A program made the position numbers and the translations under genes. Shown here one piece after another: positions 33,601 through 42,505 of a stretch of DNA of 64,000 nucleotides (positions are counted from its first letter, which is position 1; every line of letters starts with the position of its first letter). The notes under the pieces are model-generated. The model was not told the origin of the DNA, did not search any database, and was given only the letters and a program-made list of their open reading frames with translations. Location of the stretch: the NCBI GenBank assembly GCA_000004985.1, contig GG738906.1. One strand, given 5' to 3'. The stretch is from Naegleria gruberi. Its lineage: Eukaryota.

Positions 33601-34799
33601 GATAGTTCAATTTCCAAACTCTTACTTGATGTTCCTTCTTTGATATTGAAACCAAACCCTTTCCAAATGGTGTATATCTAATTTTTGATACTGGGAAAGC
33701 CACTCGTTGTGTCATTATTAATTTTTGTTCGGTATAGTCCCATATCTTTACTAATTTATCCATTGATCCTGCTGTCACAATTTCATGTGCATTTGTTGGA
33801 CTCCAATCCATAGAAGAAATGAGAGGATGGTGAGCAGAAATAAATGTAGTAAACTTGTTGGATGGTGTTGAAGAGGAAGAACAATTTCTAATATCCCAAA
33901 TTCTTAAATCTACATTATGTGCAGAGGCGATTATATTGGAATCTATTGGATTCCAACAAACAATACTTGGAAAATCTGTATAGGAAATAAAACTTGCCAC
34001 TTTACATTGGTTTCTTTCAAATTAAATCATTTGTAAATATGAGATTGGAAAAACTTACGAAGGTAATCTGGTATCCCAAATATTAACGAATCCATCACCA
34101 CTACAAGTTGCAATTTTACTGTTCGTTAAATCATGTGGAGACCAAGAGATTGAATTGATGCTTCTTTGATGAGCTTGGAAAGATCTATCCCTATCCGTAT
34201 CATTGGATGTGAATGATGTTATAGACCCAATAGTTGAAGTATTAGATGATGTACGGCCTCTGACACCAGAACTTCCTCCAGCAATTGATGATATCGAAGA
34301 ATTAGGAATGGTACTAGATGTTACTCCCTTTGATAAATCTAAAATTTGAAGACTATCAGATGTTGTATAGGCCAATATTGGTTTTGCAATGTCATGACTA
34401 AATTGAACACAAGAAACTTCATTCTTTTTACTTTTGTGTAATAAAAGGGATGGTTGGGAGGAGGTTGATGAAATGTTTGTTGCTGAAGAAATGTGTGAAG
34501 AAGTGCTATTTAATGATGATGAAAGAGTTGAAGAGGTATTTGTTGATGAACCTGTAGGTGTGATATTGTTTGGATTTGGCAATCTAAATACTATTAGACC
34601 ATTCCGACTAGAAAATAATTTTTACTAACAATAATAATTGATCAACCTACCTCCCCAATGCCATCAGTTCTCCACTCGTGTCTACAGACAAGTCGTTAAC
34701 ACTTTGTACTTGTCTTAGTGTAAATTTGTTACTTTCCTCATTCCGAATGGAAGAGGTATTTACTCTTTGTTGGTTTGAAGAAAATATTGCTGATAACAT
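30686..34799 (-). CDS. WDR59-like GATOR2 subunit (WD40 propeller, RWD-like domain, C-terminal RING-like zinc finger); join(34799..34651,34607..34059,34013..30686)
   Basis: WD40 blades in exons 2-3. RWD-like block ...ITFPKLYPVGAPPSFEFIQSRSF. C-terminal CSLCRSPVRGVVSYCPNCNHGGHVEHLQNWFQNHSTCPAGCDCKC is typical of WDR59/MIOS/WDR24. Introns are 43 nt (GTAGGT..TAG) and 45 nt (GTAAGT..AAAG). Confidence 0.65.
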
Positions 34800-35071
34800 T
34801 TTAAAGTGATGTTTTGATCAACATTAAATTTTACTGATGTTATTTGGTGGATATTTTTTGTGGTAAGTCCTTGAAAGATACTGCACTATGTGCTTTAAAA
34901 CCACTGAAACATCAATAGTTTTAATAACGTTAATTTTGTACTAATATACTGTCATTTAGGAATGTTATCAAATTCTTAACTACCCGCCAAAAGTTGTAAT
35001 AATAGATCCATCATTCTACAGAAAACAAAGTTGGCGCTCAAAGTAGTGAGAACAACAACTTTATTAAAAAA

Positions 35072-35715
35072 ATGAGCAACAAGGTAATTAAGGTCATTCT
35101 TCTTGGGGATTCTGCAGTTGGAAAATCAAAGTTAGTTGAAAGATTCATGATTGATGGATTTCGAGAGCAACAACAATCTACGTTTGCAGTAAACATCTTC
35201 CCATACAAAGCCAAAATTGATGGTGAAGACTGCGATGTTGAATTCTGGGTAAGTGTTCCGATTTGATCATTTATGATAGAAAATCATTAAAGGATACAGC
35301 TGGTCAGGAGAGGTTTAATAATGTGCATCCATCTTACTATGACAGAGCCCATGCTTGTATTTTCGTTTTTGATGATAGACAAATTACATACAAGAATTTA
35401 GAAAAGTGGTACAACGAATTGCAAACTTATCGAAAGGGTATTCCTTCGATAGTGATCTGTAACAAGATAGATTGTAGGTTTTCTGATTTGAATTAATAAT
35501 GAATAACAACTAATTTTCTTGGAATAGTAAACATGGAGGCAACAAAAACCACTTTCAATTTTGCCTCAAAGAGAGAACTTCCATTATATTATGCCTCTGC
35601 TGCTGATGGAACCAATGTAGTTAAGGCTTTTACAGATGCCCTCAAACTAGCAAAGAAATGTAGAGACAACCCAGAAAAGGAATTTGTGGATGATGTTCTA
35701 GAATTACTAAATTAA
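35072..35715 (+). CDS. RABL2: RABL2 Rab-like GTPase (cilium/IFT-associated); join(35072..35248,35293..35473,35528..35715)
   Basis: IKVILLGDSAVGKSKLVERFMIDGFREQQQSTFAVNIF...DTAGQERF...ICNKID-L-NMEATKTTFNFASKRELPLYYASAADGTNVVKAF is collinear with human RABL2 (VKIICLGDSAVGKSKLMERFLMDGFQPQQLSTYALTLY...NKIDDINVTQKSFNFAKKFSLPLYFVSAADGTNVVKLF). There is no C-terminal prenylation Cys. Introns are 44 and 54 nt. Confidence 0.8.
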
Positions 35716-35794
35716 ATATTTTTACATTTCTGTTCAACATTTTTTAAATATTTTACAACTTTAATAAATTTAGAATAATAGCAATTATTAAAAA

Positions 35795-36175
35795 ATGAGT
35801 TTGTTGACACAAGATTTGAGTAAAAAATCCGTTTTTAATCTGCATAGTTTGAACAAAATTGATGGTCAAATAGGTTATGGAGTAATAGAGTGTACCAGTG
35901 GAATTATTCAACATGTAGGTATTTAAAAGAATAATTAATGATAAATCAAACGATCGGAAAAGAATGAAGGAAAATTTAAAGATCAACCTGAATTATTGGA
36001 ACACGTACATGGCATGTTGCAGGATATTAATGGACTGTTTACTTCATCCTCCAATGATGAATCAATTAAAAAATTAACTGTCCGTATTGAAAATGACTCT
36101 CAAAGTGGAAAAAATTTACTCTACCATATTTCCATATCTAAGAGCAATGTATTTGTTGTTCTAACAACATGCTAA
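35795..36175 (+). CDS. LAMTOR4: Ragulator complex subunit LAMTOR4 (C7orf59-like), missed by the ORF track; join(35795..35914,35963..36175)
   Basis: MSLLTQDLSKKSVFNLHSLNKIDGQIGYGVIECTSGIIQH | NEGKFKDQPELLEHVHGMLQDINGLF...NLLYHISISKSNVFVVLTTC aligns with human LAMTOR4 ([28 protein letters not shown]...LLVTVSGQRVFVV). There is a 48-nt GTAGGT..AAAAG intron. The ATG is in an A-run. Confidence 0.65.
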
Positions 36176-36255
36176 ATTCCTGTAAATAAAATTAAATTAT
36201 AATACATTAAATAATTATTAAATTTAAATTAAAAATTATTAGCAAACAAAAAAAA

Positions 36256-37852
36256 ATGAGACTATCAAAGAAACTTTTGAGCGTAGCAAGAATGCACGCC
36301 CAAGCTACATTACCAATCAACAGATGTTTCAATTCTTCTCGATACTATCAAATTGGTAGGTTTATAAAAAACTAAAAAAGCTAACATTCCGAAAGATATT
36401 GGAAAAGTATCTTCAACTTTCCAAATTCCTTCACTTTCTGCTCTTCAAAGTAAAACATTGGAGGTTGTATCAAAGGATAATAGTAAGGATGTCTTCATTG
36501 AAGCACCAATTTTTTCTGGTAAGACTTTGGCCTATCTTGTTCCAACCTTTGAATTAGTTTCTCAAGCAATCAAATCAGAGAGATGGGCAGAAAGACCAGG
36601 CTTCCGTGCCCTCATTGTTGTTCCAACTCGTGAAGCAGCTATTGCTGTTGGTTTCCAAATTGACAAATATATTTCATCACTCCCTGTTGAAGAACGTCCT
36701 TTGGCTCCTGTAACTAAAGGAAATACAGACACTTACACATTCAAGTCAACAAAGAAGGAAGGACACGAAATTATTGAAGACCACCAAGGATATTCCGCTT
36801 ATGAAAAGTCTATTACTCGTAGAGAAAATGTTTATGGACTTTCATATGCTGTTATTTGCGGAGGAAAGAGTATGGAACAAGAAATTACTATGCTTGATGC
36901 AAGCGAGCCAGAAATTATTGTTGCAACACCAGGCAGACTTTTGGACCACATGAAGAATTCTGATTACTTCCGTAATTGTAAGATTGTTGTTGTTGATGAT
37001 TGTCAACTCTTCAAGGGTGATGTCGAAGGAGTTATGGATAAGGTTTTTGAAAATATTCCACAAACAACCCAAAGAGTTTTTGTTGGAACCGCCGAACCTT
37101 TCAAGAAATATTTGAGAAATAGTGATAATGTAGAACTCATCTCATCTACTGAATCAGTTTCAAAGAGTGACGTTAAACAATCAATCATCAAGACACAAAA
37201 TACTGCTGAATCTTTGAAAGTTTTACACCAAATTTTGTCTCAAAACAAGCACAAGAAGGTTGCTGTTTTTGGTGAAAACTCTCAAATTATTCACACACAT
37301 TACTTGATGGCTGAAAATGGAATCTTTTCTCTCCTAATTGCTAGTAAGATTGCTCCTTCCAGATCATTGACAAGTTTTAGTAATTTTAATCAACAACAAA
37401 ATGGTATTGCATTCTGTTCAAATATTGCCTGCCAAATGACTCCTGATGTGGATTTGGTCATTCATTTAGGAGCTCCAGAAACTCAAGAAAAGTACGAAAG
37501 TAGACTTTCTCGAACCTATTCTAAGAATCAATCTCAATCTATTGTCTTGGCCTCCCAAATTCCAGACTTTTTGAGCAATGTACAAATTGTTCAAACACCA
37601 TCTGCATCTTCTGATTTTATTGCTAAACAACTCAGAGTTCCTTCAATCCAAAAAGTTAACGGTGAGAATTTGTTGATCTCTTTAATTTTGAGAAGACAAA
37701 CTACTACACCAGAAGAAAAGAAACAAGCTGTAGAGCAAGCTATTAAGGATTTGAAAGATTTTGGTTTTGTGGAATTACCTAAATTGCCAAAACAACAAGC
37801 TATCAAACTTGGTTTTGAAAAAGAATTGCTTGACGCAGGATTGCTGGAATAA
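36256..37852 (+). CDS. DEAD-box-like helicase paralog with degenerate catalytic motifs and an N-terminal mitochondrial-type presequence; join(36256..36355,36396..37852)
   Basis: Exon 1 (MRLSKKLLSVARMHAQATLPINRCFNSSRYYQIG) is joined through a 40-nt GTAGGT intron with a CTAAC branch site. Motif I is APIFSGKT (AxTGSGKT is expected). PTREAA and TPGRLLDHM are retained. Motif II is VVDDCQ instead of DEAD. Motif VI is SRLSRTYSKNQ instead of HRIGRTGR. Confidence 0.65.
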
Positions 37853-38056
37853 ATGACCATTTATTTTTTCTGCACACCTCCATTGTTGTGTCTAACCAAG
37901 TATTTGAATAATTTGATTTTTTCTGAATAATTAAGGCAGTTTATATTAAAAAAGGAATGTTAAAATATAATGTTACAACTGTTTTTATTAAAATAATTTA
38001 GATGATACCTTTGTACTTCATGTCAGATCCCTTAATATGATCAACCAACCATTGCC

Positions 38057-38274
38057 TTATGAATTGCTTTCAGCATCACCAACTGAGGTCAAACCTAAAG
38101 CATCTTTAACGAATTTGTCGTGAATTTCCATGTGAGCAGCTGATTCAGACCATGCTTTGCGAACAAATCTTCTTCAGTCTTGAAGTGCATAACAACATAG
38201 TCCAACAAGTGGTACACACAAGTTCTGTTGGCATCCAAAGCATTGATCAATTCAAAGAGCTTCTCAATGAAGTT
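38057..38274 (-). pseudogene. Hemerythrin-like (HHE cation-binding) domain remnant with an internal -1 frame disruption and no start codon
   Basis: Minus strand: ...KLFELINALDANRTCVYHLLDYVVMHFKTEEDLFAKH then a frame slip to WSESAAHMEIHDKFVKDALGL. This is the hemerythrin H..E...H / HF.tEE / H...H..FV pattern. The N- and C-terminal thirds of the domain are absent. It directly abuts the stop of the Zn2Cys6 gene. Confidence 0.4.
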
Positions 38275-38281
38275 TCATGAA

Positions 38282-40129
38282 CTAGAGTTTATTGTTTTGT
38301 CTTGAGAATGTATCTCTAATATCAAGCTCTAGCATTAAATTTGAAAATGAGGGTAATACAAGATCGTTTGATTGGGGTTCACTAATTTTTTGTTCGCTTC
38401 GTAAATAGTTTCCTGCACTGGATACACTTGAGATTTGAGAATTAAAACTAGATCCAATAGAATCTGAAATGGATGATGTATTAGAAATTGGTGTTGCACC
38501 GAAAGAGGAGACACTCGATTGAGAACCAATTGAAGCCAAAGATATTTTCAAAAGAGATGATGGTGAACTGTTGGAGGATACTGATGAAACTACACTACTT
38601 GGGGTAGCCGAACTGAGAGTATTATTCATTTGTCTAACCTTATCAATTTTCTTTGGTCTACCTCTCTTCTTTTCTGGAAGGTCAACACATTTCTTTCCCA
38701 ATCTTACACATCTCAAACAGGGCCTTTCCTTAGAGCATCTCTTGTGAACTCTTCTACATTCAGAGCATGATCTTTTCCCTTCACTAGTTGAGGGTTGATC
38801 ATAATCATCACCAGCTTCTTTTGAACTTGAAGGATAATAGTTAAAGTCCATGGTTTCAGCACTCTCATCCTTTTCAACCATTCCACTTTGGGAATCAAGT
38901 GCCATCTTTAACTTTGATGCACTTATTTCAGGAGCATTGGGTTTTGCAAATATTTCTGTATTCTTAATTGTAGATGGAAGTGGCTTAAAAGATTTATCCT
39001 CTAAACTCTTTTCGTCTAATCTCATTCTTTGGAAGGTGGTTGAAAACGATGGTTGGTGAGGAGACTCGAATTCTTCTGTTGACAGAGGAGTTAGTGGGGA
39101 AATTGTGTCCTGAGAACTATTTTCCCTGCAAATTGTATAGACTGAGAGCCTGTTTGGCTGATTCAAAGGTGTATTGCTTGGTTGGTTGGTAACATATAGA
39201 GGTTGGTGCAGAGTGGTAACAAACTGCTTATCTTCTTCGACTTTGTAGGAATGAATTTGGTGAGGAGAATTGAGAACGGGTGAGAAGGTTGTTTGTTGAG
39301 TGATTGGTGTTTTAAGAGAAGTAAGAACTGGAACATATTTTACATCTTCTCTTTGGAAGTGGAGAGATCCTCTTGTTTGAGGATGATAGATTGTTCTTGG
39401 ATCATTGGTTGGAATTATTCTATTGTGGTGAACAGGGTGATTGGAAGGTGTATTGGAGTGGACCACCTGTATAGTTTGGGTTGGGACAGAGTGATGAAAA
39501 TGATGAGCCTGAGCTGGCACCTGAGATACAGTAGTGGTTGGTTGCGAGTATGCCACGTGGGTTTGATGAAGTACAGTTGCTCCTTGTGGCAAGTTGGTGT
39601 AATAAGGCTGGTTCTGCTGAAGAGTAACATGTCCGTTTTCCAATGAATAAGCATTACTTGCTGAAGAAACAATGATTGGTTGTGGAGAGACTTGTACTCG
39701 TTGAGGGTGAATAGAATTTTGAGGTGTTGTGGTGCCATTTTCAATGAACCTAGTCGTGCCATTAATGGATGCGCTCAACAAGGATGAATTACTTTGCGTT
39801 CTAGTAGTTGGGTGGGCAATGAGAGATTGGCCACTTTGAATAGGTGTTGCTGAAGAGTAGATAGGAGAGCTAATATTGGATTGACTTTGAGGTTGGATTA
39901 ATTGTTGATGTGTAATTATTTGAGGTTGGTAATGGTGATGTGCAGGAATAACATGAATATTAGTTGGTGTGTGACTGATAACCTGTCCAGAATTTGGTAA
40001 TTGATGAGAAGGAATAATACCTGTTGATGATGATTGTGTTGAATAAACAGTACCCGGTTGTTGAAAACCACTGTTTGATGTTGCCATTCTTGTGTGAGCA
40101 TTTTGAGAATAATAATATTGAGAAGACAT
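38282..40129 (-). CDS. Zn(II)2Cys6 zinc-cluster (GAL4-type) DNA-binding protein with an adjacent AT-hook-like KKRGRPKK
   Basis: CSECRRVHKRCSKERPCLRCVRLGKKC fits Cx2Cx6Cx5Cx2Cx6C. A long Q/S/T/P/H-rich N-terminal region follows a typical activator layout. Confidence 0.7.
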   Translation of the reverse strand: MSSQYYYSQNAHTRMATSNSGFQQPGTVYSTQSSSTGIIPSHQLPNSGQVISHTPTNIHVIPAHHHYQPQIITHQQLIQPQSQSNISSPIYSSATPIQSGQSLIAHPTTRTQSNSSLLSASINGTTRFIENGTTTPQNSIHPQRVQVSPQPIIVSSASNAYSLENGHVTLQQNQPYYTNLPQGATVLHQTHVAYSQPTTTVSQVPAQAHHFHHSVPTQTIQVVHSNTPSNHPVHHNRIIPTNDPRTIYHPQTRGSLHFQREDVKYVPVLTSLKTPITQQTTFSPVLNSPHQIHSYKVEEDKQFVTTLHQPLYVTNQPSNTPLNQPNRLSVYTICRENSSQDTISPLTPLSTEEFESPHQPSFSTTFQRMRLDEKSLEDKSFKPLPSTIKNTEIFAKPNAPEISASKLKMALDSQSGMVEKDESAETMDFNYYPSSSKEAGDDYDQPSTSEGKRSCSECRRVHKRCSKERPCLRCVRLGKKCVDLPEKKRGRPKKIDKVRQMNNTLSSATPSSVVSSVSSNSSPSSLLKISLASIGSQSSVSSFGATPISNTSSISDSIGSSFNSQISSVSSAGNYLRSEQKISEPQSNDLVLPSFSNLMLELDIRDTFSRQNNKL

Positions 40130-40498
40130 TTTTCATCACCAAGTACTTGTGCTCCACAAGATAATGACTGTAAGCGTATTAAGGGTGATTTTTTGAACGA
40201 ACAATGTATTATGAGGCAAATACGTTGCGTCTTTTTTTCGCAGAATAAAGTACAGTATTACGCTGTAATAGGTTGTTCTTTTACAGCTCTAACTATTTTT
40301 CTCCCTTTCTCCTTTGAAAATTTTCAACTCCACAACTTTCCATAACCTAAAGCTTATAACATGTTTTAGTGAGGTATCGAGCACACAGTAGTAGGTATCT
40401 TGATCTGTGTCAAAATTTTACAAGCTGTCATAACAGGAAATAGTTATTTGATACAAATTGAAAGAGAATGATAATGGAATTTTAAAATTTTAAAAAAA

Positions 40499-42505
40499 AT
40501 GCAAAAATCTGTTGGTGTAGGAAGAAAAGTGTTGGTAACTTCCGGTTTAACAAGACTACTCCAACAACCAAAACATGCCAACTATTCAACCAATAGCAAA
40601 AGTTGTAATAGTAGATGGTTTGATCCTAAAGACTCACAACATATAACAACCCCGGTTGCTCTTTATAACACTCTCTCCAAGAGTAAAGTATCATTAAAAA
40701 TTGCTAAGCGATTATCGGATGTGCCAGTTATAAATTGGTATTCTTGTGGACCAACAGTTTATGATGATACACATTTGGGTCATGCTCGTAATTATGTTTG
40801 TCTTGACATTATTTATAGAATTTTAGCCCATTATTTTAACTATCCTGTATTACATGTTATGGGAATTACAGATGTTGATGATAAAATACTTAAAAGAGCA
40901 GCTGAGCTTGGAAAACAACCTTCGGAAATTTCTCGTAAATATGAATTTGATTTTATTGAGGATATGAAAAAATTGAATGTAATTCAACCTTATGTGTACA
41001 CAAGAGTAACAGAACACATTGAAGAAATTAAACAGTTTGTTGAAGAAATGGAAAAAAATGGTTTTACCTATACTACTGCAAATGGTGGTGTTTATTTCGA
41101 TTCTAAGAAGTTTGAACAAAATGATCATTACTATGGAAAACTTTCTCCAAATAATGCACAAGAATCAATTCAACAGGAACACATTGAACATAGGGAGGAG
41201 AAAAAGGATCCTAGAGATTTTGCACTTTGGAAATTCACATCTAGGGATTATTTGGGTTGGGAAAGCAAATGGGGATATGGTAGACCAGGATGGCATATTG
41301 AGTGTAGTGCCATGATTGACCATATTTTTAATAATAAGAGTGGTGCTGCAACTATTGATATTCACTCTGGTGGAATTGATTTGGCTTTTCCACATCATAA
41401 CAATGAAATAGCCCAGAGTGAAGCAAAGAATCATGCTCATTTTTGTTGCAGTAGAGAAACAAATTGGTGTAATTATTTTATTCATGTTGGACACTTACAC
41501 ATTAAGGGACTCAAAATGTCAAAATCTTTAAAAAATTTTATTACTATTAAGGACTTTTTGAAAAGGTATAGCCCAGACCAATTTAGAATATTCTGTTTGC
41601 TACATCAATATAATCAAACTTTGGATTATAATGAAGATGCCATTGGAGAAGCAATTAAGGTTGAAAAGAGAATACTTGATTTTTTACATAATGTTTCATT
41701 TTATAAGCAAGAATGTGAGGAAAGTAATACTATTATAAGAAAATGGAATACCGAGATTATCAATTATATGGAGAAACTAGCTATTTTAAAGCAAGAAATA
41801 CACAATGCTATTTGTGATGATTTTAATACTCCTACAATAATGTCAAAAATATGTGAAATAATTAACATTACTAATGCCCTTTTTTTCACAAATAACAATA
41901 TTCAAAAAGATTTCAAAGCTGCTGAACTTCTCGAAAACACCTCTTCATACATTATTAATTTATTAAATATGTTGGGATTACAGATATCAACCATCAAAAC
42001 AATCCCTTCTAAAATTGAATCAGAAGAACAGGTGGCTAACCATCCATTCACTTCTAGAATCATTGATACGCTAATGGAGTTTAGAGCTACAATAAGAAAA
42101 GAGGCTCTGCTCTCAGATCCAAAACAGACAAAAATCTTACAACTCATTGACGATTTGAGGGATCACAAGTTGAGAGAATTGGGTATAAGGATAGACGACA
42201 GAAGTGGAGAGAAAAGTGTTTGGAGGTTTGATGTCAGTAATCAAGATATTGGCTCAAATGTTGCCGACCATCACACCCTCAAATTAGCTCAGAGACAACA
42301 AGAGGTTGAACTAAAACTCTCCATTTCAGTTTCTGACTATTTCAAGAAAATACCCCAACACAAAGACAAGCATTATTCTCAATATGACCAAAACGGTATT
42401 CCCACACATGATGCTGAAGGACAACCACTCTCCAAGTCTGCTCTCAAAAAGTTACATAAGGAAGTAGAAAAACATGCAGAATTTTTAGCCAAACACAAAA
42501 ATTAA
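40499..42505 (+). CDS. Cysteinyl-tRNA synthetase (class I) with an N-terminal extension that may be a targeting peptide
   Basis: HIGH motif (DTHLGHARNYV), KMSKS motif (KMSKSLKNF) and the CysRS zinc-site context (WYSCGPTVYD...WHIEC). Confidence 0.9.
   Translation: MQKSVGVGRKVLVTSGLTRLLQQPKHANYSTNSKSCNSRWFDPKDSQHITTPVALYNTLSKSKVSLKIAKRLSDVPVINWYSCGPTVYDDTHLGHARNYVCLDIIYRILAHYFNYPVLHVMGITDVDDKILKRAAELGKQPSEISRKYEFDFIEDMKKLNVIQPYVYTRVTEHIEEIKQFVEEMEKNGFTYTTANGGVYFDSKKFEQNDHYYGKLSPNNAQESIQQEHIEHREEKKDPRDFALWKFTSRDYLGWESKWGYGRPGWHIECSAMIDHIFNNKSGAATIDIHSGGIDLAFPHHNNEIAQSEAKNHAHFCCSRETNWCNYFIHVGHLHIKGLKMSKSLKNFITIKDFLKRYSPDQFRIFCLLHQYNQTLDYNEDAIGEAIKVEKRILDFLHNVSFYKQECEESNTIIRKWNTEIINYMEKLAILKQEIHNAICDDFNTPTIMSKICEIINITNALFFTNNNIQKDFKAAELLENTSSYIINLLNMLGLQISTIKTIPSKIESEEQVANHPFTSRIIDTLMEFRATIRKEALLSDPKQTKILQLIDDLRDHKLRELGIRIDDRSGEKSVWRFDVSNQDIGSNVADHHTLKLAQRQQEVELKLSISVSDYFKKIPQHKDKHYSQYDQNGIPTHDAEGQPLSKSALKKLHKEVEKHAEFLAKHKN

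Noticed and set aside
35753-35986. 77-aa minus-strand ORF in the RABL2-helicase spacer
   Set aside because: It is antisense to the LAMTOR4 gene modelled on the plus strand and is hydrophobic low-complexity. The plus-strand reading has homology support.
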